The notes: generated from the sequence alone by a model not told the origin. Positions 52,584 through 63,284 are shown, numbered from the stretch's first letter. The stretch is 64,000 bases of DNA from an uncultured Candidatus Bathyarchaeia archaeon (GCA_964506875.1 CAZDNV010000001.1:4853-68852), one strand, 5' to 3'. Made by a program: numbers and translations.

Positions 52584-55463
52584 TTGCACAAATCAAGTAA
52601 AGATGCTTTTGAACTACTTGTCAAACCAATTCGTCGGCTCATTCACGAGAAGGGCTTCCAGAAGCCAACGGAGCCGCAGGAGAAAGCAACACCTCTTATT
52701 CTTGACGGAAAAAACGTTCTTCTCATCTCTCCGACTGCCACGGGCAAGACCGAGGCAGCCTTTCTCCCTATCTTGAGCCTGCTTCTGCAAGGGCAACGGG
52801 GCATACCAGGAATCAAAGTCTTGTACATCACGCCTTTACGGGCTCTAAATCGCGATATGCTTGACAGACTCGAGTGGTGGTGCAACAACCTTGACGTCAA
52901 ACTGGCCGTTAGGCATGGAGACACCGAAACCAAAGAACGGACAAGACAGGCCAGAAGTCCACCAGATGTGCTGATCACGACTCCTGAAACTCTGCAGGCG
53001 ATTTTGTCTGGGTGGATCATGCGTCAGCATTTGCAGAGTGTCCGTTGGGTGGTTATTGATGAAGTGCATGAAATGGCTGACAGTAAACGTGGAAGCCAAC
53101 TTTCGCTGGCTTTAGAAAGGCTCAGAGCGATGATAGGAAGGGACTTTCAGGCTATTGGGCTATCTGCGACAATAGGTAGTCCCGAAAAGGTTGCCCAGTT
53201 CCTCGTTGGAAGCAATAGGAGCGTCGAAATCGTCCGAGTCCCTGTTGGCCGATTGATGAGATTGAAAGTTGTCTTGCCAAAACCTACGGATGAGGATGCC
53301 CAGCTTGCATCCAAACTTTACACACATCCTGAAGTTGCAGCTAGACTTCGAATCATTCGAGATTATATCAGTACGCATAAGTCAGTACTTCTGTTCACAA
53401 ACACTCGAGCAGAATCAGAGGTTCTGACAAGCAGATTCAAAGTATGGGACATTGATTATCCCGTTTCAATTCATCATGGCTCACTTGCCAAGCCTTCCAG
53501 GATCGCTGCAGAGAAAGGATTGAAGACTGGCGAGTTGAAAGGACTCATCTGCACAAGTTCACTCGAGCTAGGCATAGACGTTGGCAGAATAGACCTGGTC
53601 ATTCAGTACATGAGCCCGCGACAAGCTACGAGACTTATTCAACGTGTCGGCAGAAGCGGCCACAGCATCGGAAGAACGGCTGAAGGGATAATCATAGCGT
53701 TAGATTCTGACGATGCACTTGAGGCCCTAGCCATTGCAAAGAAAGCTTTGAATGAGGATTTAGAACCTGTTGAAATTCCACCCAAGCCCTATGATGTCTT
53801 GACGCATCAAATAGCAGGGTTGCTGCTAAAGCAGAGGAGACTTGGTTTTGAGGAAATATTGGAATTGTTCAAGGAAGCATATCCTTATGCAAATCTGAAT
53901 GTAGAAGACATTGAGAAGAACCTAAGGTACATGCATCAGCGTTTTCCACGGCTAGCTTGGGTTTCGGTAGAGGATAAGACGGTTCTTAAGCCCAGACAAG
54001 CAAAGGCACTGTTTGAATACTATTTTGACAATTTGTCCATGATCCCAGAACAGAAGCAGTTTCTCGTCGTTGACGACTCGGACAACTCTGCCGTTGGCGT
54101 ATTGGATGAAGCTTTTGTGGCAGAATATGGCAAGCCGGGAACAAAATTCATCATAAGAGGTAGTCCTTGGTTGATTATGCACTTGTCTGAGGACAAAGTG
54201 CACGTGAAACCCGTTGATGATCCTACAGGAGCTATTCCAAGCTGGATAGGAGAGGAGATTCCAGTTCCGTTTGGAGTTGCACAAGAAGTAGGTCACATCA
54301 GGCGCGTTGTTGAAGAGCAGATGACGAAAGGAGCGACACCCAGAGAAATCGCTGCTAAGCTAAGTGAGCAATACCCGGCTGATCAGGACACGATTCTAGA
54401 CGCTATGGCTGAGACCATCGAGCATGTGATGGCCAATTTTCAGGTCCCCACAGAAAGTCGGGTGATAGTTGAGGATTGGGAAGGGTTTGTCCTAGTTCAC
54501 CTGAATTTTGGCCTACTTACGAATAGGGCTCTGGCTCAACTGCTGGGGGAATTGCTCTCAGAAAAGCTTGGGTTCACTATAGTGGTTCAACATGATGCAT
54601 ATCGCATCTTCATCCAGACGATGGATGCAGCAGACTCTGATCAGGTGCTGGCTGCCTTCACGGAGATTAAGATGTTGTCTGAAGACGCTATCAGAGAGAC
54701 GCTGAAGAGAGCAACGGTTAAGACAGGGATATTCAAGAGGCGGATGATTCACGTCGCGCGTCGCTTCGGGGCCATAAAAAAGTGGGCAGACTTCAGCAGT
54801 GTAAGCCTTCAGAAGTTGACCACAAGCTTCGAGGGAACTCCCATCTATGAAGAAGCACTTAAGGAAGTGTTCACTAAGGATTTGGATCTGGAAAGACTCA
54901 TTTATGTGCTTGGTAAGATCCGTACCGGTGAAATCGTTGTTCATAAAATCATTAACGATGGAAACGCGACTCCTATTGCTCGAGTAGGCATCGAACGAAT
55001 AAGCATGAAAACTGATTTGATTCCACCTGAACGCATGCGTGCCGTACTCATAGAATCTGCGAAAGCGAGATTGCTGAATGAAGCTGGGAGCTATGTTTGC
55101 ACTAACTGCTGGAACTACGTGGAGGTGATGAGAGCAAAAGATCTGCCTGACAACCTGAAATGCCCAAGATGCGGGTCGACCACTATAGGCCTGATCAAGG
55201 TTGAAGAAGAGAGAGCTCTCGAGATGATCGAGAAGAAGAACGCCAAGCTCACGCAAAGCGAGCAAAGAATGCATGAGCAAGCACTGCAGTCAGCCAAGCT
55301 GATCTCCAAATATGGAAAGGCAGCTGCAATCGCTTTGGGAGCCAGAAAGATTCAGAACTCTGATGCAGTCGAAATCCTTAAGGAAGAGCCTCGTGTGACT
55401 GATAGGTTCTATGAGCTAGTTCTTGGGGCTGAACGCAAGATTATAAGCAGGAGATTTCACTAG
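52584..55463 (+). CDS. lhr: Lhr-type DEAD/DEAH (DEVH) box helicase
   Basis: SPTATGKTEAAFLP (motif I), VIDEVHE (motif II), QRVGRSGH (motif VI), long Lhr-like C-terminal region with CTNC..CPRCG. Confidence 0.85.
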   Translation: MHKSSKDAFELLVKPIRRLIHEKGFQKPTEPQEKATPLILDGKNVLLISPTATGKTEAAFLPILSLLLQGQRGIPGIKVLYITPLRALNRDMLDRLEWWCNNLDVKLAVRHGDTETKERTRQARSPPDVLITTPETLQAILSGWIMRQHLQSVRWVVIDEVHEMADSKRGSQLSLALERLRAMIGRDFQAIGLSATIGSPEKVAQFLVGSNRSVEIVRVPVGRLMRLKVVLPKPTDEDAQLASKLYTHPEVAARLRIIRDYISTHKSVLLFTNTRAESEVLTSRFKVWDIDYPVSIHHGSLAKPSRIAAEKGLKTGELKGLICTSSLELGIDVGRIDLVIQYMSPRQATRLIQRVGRSGHSIGRTAEGIIIALDSDDALEALAIAKKALNEDLEPVEIPPKPYDVLTHQIAGLLLKQRRLGFEEILELFKEAYPYANLNVEDIEKNLRYMHQRFPRLAWVSVEDKTVLKPRQAKALFEYYFDNLSMIPEQKQFLVVDDSDNSAVGVLDEAFVAEYGKPGTKFIIRGSPWLIMHLSEDKVHVKPVDDPTGAIPSWIGEEIPVPFGVAQEVGHIRRVVEEQMTKGATPREIAAKLSEQYPADQDTILDAMAETIEHVMANFQVPTESRVIVEDWEGFVLVHLNFGLLTNRALAQLLGELLSEKLGFTIVVQHDAYRIFIQTMDAADSDQVLAAFTEIKMLSEDAIRETLKRATVKTGIFKRRMIHVARRFGAIKKWADFSSVSLQKLTTSFEGTPIYEEALKEVFTKDLDLERLIYVLGKIRTGEIVVHKIINDGNATPIARVGIERISMKTDLIPPERMRAVLIESAKARLLNEAGSYVCTNCWNYVEVMRAKDLPDNLKCPRCGSTTIGLIKVEEERALEMIEKKNAKLTQSEQRMHEQALQSAKLISKYGKAAAIALGARKIQNSDAVEILKEEPRVTDRFYELVLGAERKIISRRFH

Positions 55464-55643
55464 AGACCGCATATTTTGAAGCTTATCTAATGAGAGGGTG
55501 TCCCCTGTCTCATGCAGTCATCGGTCGAATCATATAAACACTAGGAGACTCACTGTCAAAGGCTGATCTTATTAGCTGTTCGGGCAATAGAAAAACGAGA
55601 GTCAAACCATTCTATGACAGCATAGAATTGAGGCAACTCTTAA

Positions 55644-56033
55644 ATGAATGATTATCTAATTCTGCCTGAGCATCTGCTTGCGTGCCATATGGAGGCTAAA
55701 GATTTGGAGATGAGTCGAAAGAAGCTTCATGACGAAATCCTGGAAAGAATCAAATATGTCCGAACATGTGTTTTGGCTCGGGAAATCTGCCTTCTCGTTC
55801 GAACAAATAGAGCCGTCCTTGATCCGAAAGATGTGCAAGAGATCTGTTCTTCGGTCTCCAAGCTCTGCAAAGAAGAAGATTGCCAGGAACCTAGTGAGAT
55901 GTGTCGCAAAGCCGCTGAGTCTGTCGGTTCTGTAGATGAGGCGAAATATCTTGAATTATGTGCTCAGAGCTGCATGAAGTGTGGGGAAGCAAAAAAGCCT
56001 ACACAAAAGGATAAGTCTGCTTACGTGACTTGA
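55644..56033 (+). CDS. Cys-rich helical protein (possibly a DUF326-like four-helix-bundle metal-binding protein)
   Basis: 129 aa with regularly spaced Cys (CSSVSKLCKEEDC, CRKAAES, CAQSCMKCGEA). Confidence 0.4.
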   Translation: MNDYLILPEHLLACHMEAKDLEMSRKKLHDEILERIKYVRTCVLAREICLLVRTNRAVLDPKDVQEICSSVSKLCKEEDCQEPSEMCRKAAESVGSVDEAKYLELCAQSCMKCGEAKKPTQKDKSAYVT

Positions 56034-56144
56034 AACCATGGAAGCCTTAAAGGAATGGCACATTGGATAAGCCGGAATAGAAGAGATATTTGATCGGAGG
56101 CCAGCATCCTGTATATTGCCCCCTTTGTCCCAAGTCCTCCACAG

Positions 56145-56585
56145 GTGGTCCAGCGAATGCTGGCTTTGGCAGAATTGAGGGCTGGAGAAGTGTTCTTCGA
56201 CCTAGGTTCAGGGGACGGCAGAACTGTAATCATGGCCACAAGGGAATTCGGGGCAAGATCTGTTGGCGTCGAGTTAAGGGAAGATCTGGTGAAAAAGGCG
56301 CTAAGCACAATCTATGAACAGAGCCTCCAAGACAGAATAACAATAGTCAATGGAGACATCTTCAACGTAGATCTGACATCTGCAGACGTAATCTTTCTTT
56401 ACTTGACAACAAGCGCGAATGAAAAGATAAGACCCAAACTGGAGTCGGAGCTAAGGCCAGGTGTCCGAATAGTCTCCCACGATTACGAAATCGTTGGCTG
56501 GAAACCCCTCAAGACAGAGAACTACTGCGAAAACCAAGCCTTGGGGTACCCCTCCCACACACTGTATTTGTATAAAAAGGACTAG
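56145..56585 (+). CDS. small class I SAM-dependent methyltransferase (N-terminus possibly lost or frameshifted)
   Basis: VFFDLGSGDGRTVIMA (motif I) and DVIFLYL. Conserved-looking residues (IAPFVPSPPQVV) lie in frame upstream of the first canonical start. Confidence 0.65.
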   Translation: MVQRMLALAELRAGEVFFDLGSGDGRTVIMATREFGARSVGVELREDLVKKALSTIYEQSLQDRITIVNGDIFNVDLTSADVIFLYLTTSANEKIRPKLESELRPGVRIVSHDYEIVGWKPLKTENYCENQALGYPSHTLYLYKKD

Positions 56586-56598
56586 GTCGGCATGTATT

Positions 56599-57011
56599 TT
56601 GTCTTCCCATGTTTTCAGAAACTCCTTCAGAGTGACGTGGACGGATACCGATGCCGCTCAAGTGGTGCATTACTCGAGTTACTTCAGGTTTTTCGAAAGG
56701 ACTGAGGAAGAGTTCTACAGGCAACTTGGGTTCAGTTTCACAGATATGGTGGATGAAGGAGTATGGTTTCCTAGAGTTGAAGCTTTCTGCCAGTATAGGC
56801 AGCCAGCAAGGTTCAACGACCTCATCGAGGTTGAGCTAACGAAGCATTGAAAGAGAAATCGGTGAGATTCGGGTTCAAGGTCTTCAACAAGGAAACATCA
56901 ATGTTTCTGGCCAACGGCTACGTTGTGATTGTGACTGCTAATAGAAAAACTGGGAGAGCTACGCAGATCCCATCGAGTATTATGAGTGAGTTGAAGTCTT
57001 TCCTCAAGTAG
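56599..57011 (+). pseudogene. 4HBT/YbgC-type acyl-CoA thioesterase interrupted by a frameshift
   Basis: The first part (FRVTWTDTDAAQVVHYSSYFRFFE..IEVELTKH*) ends at 56850. The hot-dog fold continues in another frame from 56847 (LKEKSVRFGFKVFNKET..VIVTANRKTGRATQIP..). Confidence 0.6.
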
Positions 57012-57060
57012 GTTAATAAAGCGAAAGACTGATTCTTGCATTTCTAACAGTGATTAGGAA

Positions 57061-57600
57061 ATGCAGTTTGTTCCTTGGGGGCAAGTTGCAGACTGGAAAT
57101 GTATAGCATGTGGCCAGTGTTGCAGACTCTACCGTGTAGTCCTGAATTTTCATGAGTGGCTTAGGATAGTAAAATACTATGGGGTTGAACAGACTGCTTC
57201 TAGCTTGAACGAGTTATTCATAAGAAGAAAAACCGACGGCTCGTGCGTCTTTCTGAACAGCTTTCCTAACACGTGTGCATGCAGCCTTCAGAACATGAAG
57301 CCAAAAGCGTGCCAGCTCTGGCCTTTCAAGATCCTGCAGTATCCCAAGTTTGGCCGCTCAAGACATGCAGCTTACCAAGTGGGGGATAGTGTGTTTTTCG
57401 TTTATGTTGACCCAATGTGTTGCGGCTTAAAGTACGGAACGCCAACTTGGGAATTTGCTTATCAGACAGTAGGCGAGTTTGTGGAGCTTGCTTTAGGGCT
57501 TCGCAGCAGCCAGTTGAAAACCACTGCAAGCATGAGCTTACCAAGACCGGATATGCTTGGAAGTTACGGAGTAGGACGACTCAGACACGAGCACCTGTGA
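57061..57600 (+). CDS. YkgJ/UPF0153-type CxxCxxCC Fe-S/Zn-binding protein
   Basis: CIACGQCCRLY motif near the N-terminus, with further conserved Cys. Confidence 0.6.
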   Translation: MQFVPWGQVADWKCIACGQCCRLYRVVLNFHEWLRIVKYYGVEQTASSLNELFIRRKTDGSCVFLNSFPNTCACSLQNMKPKACQLWPFKILQYPKFGRSRHAAYQVGDSVFFVYVDPMCCGLKYGTPTWEFAYQTVGEFVELALGLRSSQLKTTASMSLPRPDMLGSYGVGRLRHEHL

Positions 57601-57911
57601 AATCAAAATCATTGCGAGTACACTGTGAACAATCGGCAATGGGTATCGTGTGAAGGATCTGGAGCTTCACAGCAATATGGTTACAGCCTGGAGCAATAGT
57701 TGCTTATTTGTCGATAGCGTGCGCTGATTCCAGTTCTAACGACAGTAGTCTTCATCATCACAATTGTACTCCAGACAAAATGACGTGAAGACTAAGAAAG
57801 CGTGGCTACCATTTGGCGGTGCTTCTTGAGAGGTCGTGTCTATGGGCAATTCCTTCTTTCTCTGAGTTTGCTGGCCAAGAGAACCTTATCTTGCAGAAAA
57901 GAGAGAGGATT

Positions 57912-58382
57912 CTAGTTTCTCTGGCGCGATGTTACGTGGTCCTCTTCTAGCTCTTTGACGCGTGTCTCTATGAACTCGGTGACTTTCTCCTGACTGAACT
58001 TCCTCTCGGTTTCTTGTTTTGTCAATTGGTCTCGTATTGTTTTCAGGACTTTCTCTACATCGAACGGTTTCAATATGTAGGCGTTTGCACCTTTGTTCAC
58101 AGCATCAACTGCGTTCTGCAATGACGGATAGCCCGTGACTATTACCTTTCGCATCTTAGGAGTAGTATCTCTTATCTTTGTAAGCAGTTCCGTCCCTTCC
58201 ATGTCGGGAAGCTTTATGTCTATCAAAGCCAGGTTGTAGAATTCAGTTTGAGTCTTCTTGATGGCTTCCTTCCCGTTCTGAGCCATGTCGACGGTGTACC
58301 CTTCCTCCTTCAGTATCATTGAGAGAGTTTTTCTTATACTTTCATCATCGTCGACAATAAGGATTCGGGCATTCTCACCCAT
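57912..58382 (-). CDS. response regulator receiver protein (CheY-like, no output domain recognised)
   Basis: ILIVDDDESIRKTL, LALIDIKLPDMEG and VIVTGY. ATG with GGAGGTGA upstream. Confidence 0.9.
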   Translation of the reverse strand: MGENARILIVDDDESIRKTLSMILKEEGYTVDMAQNGKEAIKKTQTEFYNLALIDIKLPDMEGTELLTKIRDTTPKMRKVIVTGYPSLQNAVDAVNKGANAYILKPFDVEKVLKTIRDQLTKQETERKFSQEKVTEFIETRVKELEEDHVTSRQRN

Positions 58383-61300
58383 GTTTTCTCACCTCCTTCT
58401 GTTTTTGGTTCAATGGGCAGGGTTACCGTGAAGGTCGAACCCTTGCCGAGAATGCTTTTGGCAGAGATCTTGCCTCCATGGGCCTCTACGATGCGTTTGC
58501 AGATCGAAAGACCAAATCCCATTCCCTTAGCTTTTGTAGTGCACAGTGGCGTGAAGATCTTTCTAACCATGCTTTTCTTTATGCCTATCCCAGTATCGGC
58601 GAAGGAGAACTCCACTTTTCCTTCTATTTCCTTGCTCCTGATAGTAAGCGTTCCGCCATCGGGCATAGCGTCGACTGCATTCTTGATGATATTGACAAAC
58701 GCTCTCTTAGTCTTCTCAATATCGACTTTGATTCTCGGTTTGCATCTTGCTAAATTCGCTACCGTAATGCTATCTGAAATATTGGCGAGTGACAAAGCCT
58801 CTTTCAATGTCGCCTTCGGAGTTGTTTCTGCTAGCTCTAGCCTGATTTCTCCCGAGTACTCCAACAGATCATTTACTATCTTATTTGAGTATGTAATGGC
58901 CTTCTTGATGAGCTCAAGCATTTCTTTTGCTTTGCTGTCCATTTTGGGGCCATATTTGGTTTTCAAGTAGTATGCGGCGCCCGCTATGCCTGTCAAGGGA
59001 TTGCGTAGGTCGTGTCCAACCATTCCAGCCAACTCGCCGATTGCTGCAAGTCTTTCCGATCTGAGAAGTCTCTCTTGGGCCTTCCTCAGTGCCAATGTTC
59101 TCTCTTCCACTTTTACTTCGAGTCGCTGGGCGTATTCCAGGACTTGATTCTTGGCCTTGTTCAATTGCTCTATCAATCGAGCGTTCTCAATGGCAACCGC
59201 GGCCTGATGCAAAAAGAGCTCTAATGGAGCCAGTGACTCTTTCTTAGGTCGTTTTCCGTCCATTGGGTCATCCATGCTAACCACCCCTACGATTCGCCCA
59301 TCTGCCAGCTTCAATGGGGCATATAGCAAGTCCTGTGGGTCCCAGTCTACCATCTGTTTTGGAGAAAGCTTGCTTGGCACTGTTCCTTCGCTGAACCTTT
59401 TTCTAACCCAGGCATCGCTCCAAGGCAGATGGTAAAACTCGCCTAGCTTGAAGCGTTGGTACTCCAGTCCGAAGCGTTCGGCCCATGTATTGCCCGGTTG
59501 CCTGTGGGTCCACAGATACTCTCTCTCTTTGGCGTTCAGTCCAGATGCCACTATATCCTCAGGCTTGGCTATGTCCAAGTTTCCGTCTCTGACTGAGAGC
59601 ACGACTCGACGCCATCCGAGCAAGCGAACGGCATCTACGATAGCTTGAAGTCGAGGTTGCAGGTCTGCGGAACGGATCATTTCGGCCGAGCTTTTCATTA
59701 GCGAAGATAGCTGGCTGGATTGGATTTCAAGTTCTCGTCTTCTTTCTAGGTTGTTGATTGCAGTTGCAGCGTGAGAAGCCAGAATCTGGAGCAATACGCT
59801 TTCTTTGTCACTGAATGCGTTCGAATCCTTGCTTTCTACGTTCAATATTCCAAGAAATCTTTCCTCTCCGATGATAGGGACCGCAAGCTCCGATCTAATG
59901 TCTGAAGCGCCTTCTACATAACCTTCGTCTTTATCAACGTCACAGACAAGTACGGGCTTACCTGAAGTTGCTGCTCTGATTGTTATGCCTTTTCTTGTTC
60001 CATCTAAAGGCAATTTGATGGATAGGTTTTCTGGGTATCCTCTTTGGCATGAAATCTTGAGGATCTGCCCCTCCACAGTCATGAATGATGCACGTTCAAA
60101 ACCTAGTGTCTGTTGCATTGCATCCATAGTTAATTCATAGACTTCGTTAAGGCTGTTGGCTGCATTCAGCTTTCCTCCATATAGGTTAAGTGCGGAGAGT
60201 CTGTCTTCTGTTCTCTTCACCTCTGTAACGTCGCGGTCAGAGCCTCGATATCCGAGAAGATTGTTCTTTGAGTTGAGTATTGGAACTCCATTCGTCTCCA
60301 GGACAACGACGTGCCCATTCTTGTGTATGTTGCGGTTGATCAGGTTGTTGAATGGTTCTCTCCTATTGAATGTTGTTAGAGCCGCCTTTTTCAATTTCTC
60401 TCGTTCATCAGGATGGAAAAAGCTGTAAAGGGTCTTTCCTAGCACTTCCTCGGGCTTGTAGCCCAGCAGTCGCTTGACTGCGGGACTGGAATAGGTGTAA
60501 TGGCCTTTTGAGTTTACTTCCCATATCCATTCACCTGTGTTGGCTGCGATATCTTGGAATCGTTCTTCACTTTCACGGAGTGCTTCAGTGGCTTTCTTGC
60601 GCTCGGTGATATCTCGCATGATTCCTGTGAAGAAGGTTGCTTTTGCGGTTTTCCAAGTAGAGAAAGAGAACTCTAATGGAAATTCCCTGCCATCTTTTCG
60701 AAGCCCTGTATACTCGATCGGTGTCTTGATAGTGTCCGGTTTCCCTGCAAGCATCAAACGTCTCATTCCATCTGAGTGGCTCTTCCTTGACCATATGGGT
60801 ATTACTAGGGTAATCGGTTTTCCGAGTGCTTCCTTTGAAGAATGTCCGAACATGGTTCTTGCAGCTTGGTTCCAAAAGACTATTGTGCCGTCAGCGCTAG
60901 TGGTGACGATGGCTTCGGAAGCATAGTCTGCTACTGAGCGGAAGCGTTCTTCGCTTTCGCGCAACTTTATAGTCCTTTCTTCGACAAGTCTTTTCAAGCT
61001 CTGTGAGTATCGCTTGAGCCTCTTTGCCATTTGCGTGCGCTCAGTGATGTCATCGACCATCTCTATAGCCGCAGTTGTTCTTCCATTCTTGGCGTCAACA
61101 ATCGGGGTTGAGACTATTCTATAGTTAAGGGTTCTGTTTCCTCCAGGAGTATTCGTTACAGACTCATGAGTTCGGCCATCTTTCAAGGTCTTGCACGTTG
61201 GGCAGTACGAGCATACATTTTTTCTTGGTGGCTTGTTGAAAGCTTCATAGCATATTGGTTTCCTTGAAACATCAATTTCTGGGAACCAATCCTGCATTTG

Positions 61301-61912
61301 TTTGTTAAGGGCCAGTATTTCCATGCTTGGACTTATTAAAGCGACGCCGATGCCGAGGTTATCTATGACGCTTCTGTACCTCTTTTCAGATTCAGTTAGT
61401 GCTTCCTCAAACTTTTTCCGTTCTGTGATGTCTTTGGTTACTGCAACGAAAGCGACTGGATTGCCTGATGCGTCTTTCACTACGCTCGCAGAGAGTTCGG
61501 CCGCGAATTTCCTGCCATCCTTACTTAAGAGGGTATACTCAACGTTTCTTACTGCTCCCTGTCTCAAGGTCCGTTTCAGGTTGTCCCTTGCCCTTTGCTG
61601 ATCCATTTTTGCAATGAAATCTAGTGCATTTCTACCGATCATCTCGTCCTTAGAGGGGCACCCGCGCATATCGACTGCGGCCTGATTGCACTCGACTATT
61701 TTTCCATCTAGATCAGTGACTGTGATGGCGTCTGGTGATGCAGAGAATATGCTCCTGAGTTTTTCTTCGTCCTTTCTCAGTTTTTCTGATGCTTCTTTGG
61801 TAGTTCCTTCGAGTCGACCACGGCTGGGTGTGTTTGTGGAGTCAGCATTTTGGCTTAGATCCATTTTTCCGGAGCTAGGAGGGATCATGATTCTACTTGT
61901 GCCTTTTCCCAT
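58334..61912 (-). CDS. multi-PAS/GAF sensor histidine kinase
   Basis: About 1190 aa. At least 4 PAS-like and 2 GAF-like segments, H-box GMVGHDLRNPL, N/G boxes IIKNAVDAMPDGG, DTGIGI and GFGLSICKRIVEAHGG. The start is probably internal (MDLSQ at 61864). Confidence 0.9.
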   Translation of the reverse strand: MGKGTSRIMIPPSSGKMDLSQNADSTNTPSRGRLEGTTKEASEKLRKDEEKLRSIFSASPDAITVTDLDGKIVECNQAAVDMRGCPSKDEMIGRNALDFIAKMDQQRARDNLKRTLRQGAVRNVEYTLLSKDGRKFAAELSASVVKDASGNPVAFVAVTKDITERKKFEEALTESEKRYRSVIDNLGIGVALISPSMEILALNKQMQDWFPEIDVSRKPICYEAFNKPPRKNVCSYCPTCKTLKDGRTHESVTNTPGGNRTLNYRIVSTPIVDAKNGRTTAAIEMVDDITERTQMAKRLKRYSQSLKRLVEERTIKLRESEERFRSVADYASEAIVTTSADGTIVFWNQAARTMFGHSSKEALGKPITLVIPIWSRKSHSDGMRRLMLAGKPDTIKTPIEYTGLRKDGREFPLEFSFSTWKTAKATFFTGIMRDITERKKATEALRESEERFQDIAANTGEWIWEVNSKGHYTYSSPAVKRLLGYKPEEVLGKTLYSFFHPDEREKLKKAALTTFNRREPFNNLINRNIHKNGHVVVLETNGVPILNSKNNLLGYRGSDRDVTEVKRTEDRLSALNLYGGKLNAANSLNEVYELTMDAMQQTLGFERASFMTVEGQILKISCQRGYPENLSIKLPLDGTRKGITIRAATSGKPVLVCDVDKDEGYVEGASDIRSELAVPIIGEERFLGILNVESKDSNAFSDKESVLLQILASHAATAINNLERRRELEIQSSQLSSLMKSSAEMIRSADLQPRLQAIVDAVRLLGWRRVVLSVRDGNLDIAKPEDIVASGLNAKEREYLWTHRQPGNTWAERFGLEYQRFKLGEFYHLPWSDAWVRKRFSEGTVPSKLSPKQMVDWDPQDLLYAPLKLADGRIVGVVSMDDPMDGKRPKKESLAPLELFLHQAAVAIENARLIEQLNKAKNQVLEYAQRLEVKVEERTLALRKAQERLLRSERLAAIGELAGMVGHDLRNPLTGIAGAAYYLKTKYGPKMDSKAKEMLELIKKAITYSNKIVNDLLEYSGEIRLELAETTPKATLKEALSLANISDSITVANLARCKPRIKVDIEKTKRAFVNIIKNAVDAMPDGGTLTIRSKEIEGKVEFSFADTGIGIKKSMVRKIFTPLCTTKAKGMGFGLSICKRIVEAHGGKISAKSILGKGSTFTVTLPIEPKTEGGEKTWVRMPESLLSTMMKV

Positions 61913-62262
61913 ACTGCTAATTCCTCTGTCATACCTGAATTCTCTTTTTCTTGGAAAGCCCGTCTGGCTACTGCCACGTATTCGACAAAAGCAAGATCAG
62001 TTGATTCACGCCACTCAAAAACTCCTCCAATCTTCTCATATAACGCCTTCATAATCAGAATCTCCAGGAAGTTTGCTCCTAACCCGAAGATTTTTTGAAT
62101 GGATTCTTTGAAAGCCTTAATATTATATGGGATGTCCGATTTCCTGATGTTGAAGGTTTTTTCCAGGTGAAAATAGATTGCCTGCTTCGAGGATTCACCC
62201 AAGGAAGACAATCCTGCATCTACAGCTTCAAGCAAGATCTCGTTGAAAAGACTTTTTGGCAA
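61885..62262 (-). CDS. hypothetical protein (125 aa) immediately upstream of the kinase
   Basis: ORF only. Co-directional and abutting or overlapping the kinase gene. Confidence 0.45.
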   Translation of the reverse strand: MPKSLFNEILLEAVDAGLSSLGESSKQAIYFHLEKTFNIRKSDIPYNIKAFKESIQKIFGLGANFLEILIMKALYEKIGGVFEWRESTDLAFVEYVAVARRAFQEKENSGMTEELAVWEKAQVES

Positions 62263-62372
62263 CGCCTATTCTCCTGAGTGAAGATGCACCTTGGACATAG
62301 GACCTTCTTAGGGAGAAAGAGATAAATCCCTTATGAATCCACGATTTAGATTTCGGTTCAGCTTGGAAATAC

Positions 62373-63284
62373 ATGTGCGGCACAGAAAGGGCCCAAGCGC
62401 TCAAAAGGGCGAAGCCGTGTGGCAATCTTCGCAGACAAGAACAAGCCATCAGGATTAGATTTAAGGATGGAATTCCCATTATTCATGGACGGGTTGAATC
62501 TGTGATCAAGCCAAAAATTGGACTGTCAATGCTGTACTGTCTTGGCAAGCCCTTTGAAGATATGATTGAACAGCTTGCCTCAGTTCAAACTGAATACATT
62601 GAGATCGTTGATGACGGCTATCACGCTTTGAACAAGCAGAGGGTCACGACGCTAAGAAGCGTTGGGGCGTCTTATGATTTCAAGTATTCCGTGCACGCTC
62701 CTTTTGCGGATATAAACATCGCTTCTCCATCAAGGCCGATTCTCAAAGGCATGGTTAGGCGACTGAGACAGTCCATTGCTTGCGCAAATGCTTTGGGTGC
62801 GTACTTATGGGTCTTTCATCCGGGCCTAAGAACAGGAATCAGTTCATTCTATCCCGGGTCAGACTGGTATCAAAATCTGGCAACTGTAAGACTCTTGAGC
62901 GAGGCTGGTAGAGAATATGGCGTAAAAGTGGCAATAGAAAATGTGCCTGAGCCATTTCCTTTCTTGCTCAAGAACGTTGAAGACTTCCTACGATTCTATT
63001 CTGAAGCCAACGAAGAAATAGGCCTAGTTCTAGACGTTGGTCATTCAAACATCCGTGGGCTGACAGAAGTCTTCTTCAAAACTTTCCGCGATAAGATTGT
63101 TCATATGCATATTAGTGATAACGATGGAACAAGCGACCAACATGTGGGGATAGGCTTAGGCAATATTGACTGGAGTAGCTTCGTGGATTTCACGAAGAAA
63201 GCAGGTTGGAACAAGACCATGATCGTTGAATCTATAGATCACGCTCAAGACAGCCTACGAAGATTGCAGCAGTTGTTCGCCTAG
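62373..63284 (+). CDS. sugar phosphate isomerase/epimerase (xylose-isomerase-like TIM barrel)
   Basis: VHAPF, WVFHPG, IENV, DVGH and HISDNDG blocks. A likely shorter start is the GTG at 62502. Confidence 0.7.
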   Translation: MCGTERAQALKRAKPCGNLRRQEQAIRIRFKDGIPIIHGRVESVIKPKIGLSMLYCLGKPFEDMIEQLASVQTEYIEIVDDGYHALNKQRVTTLRSVGASYDFKYSVHAPFADINIASPSRPILKGMVRRLRQSIACANALGAYLWVFHPGLRTGISSFYPGSDWYQNLATVRLLSEAGREYGVKVAIENVPEPFPFLLKNVEDFLRFYSEANEEIGLVLDVGHSNIRGLTEVFFKTFRDKIVHMHISDNDGTSDQHVGIGLGNIDWSSFVDFTKKAGWNKTMIVESIDHAQDSLRRLQQLFA

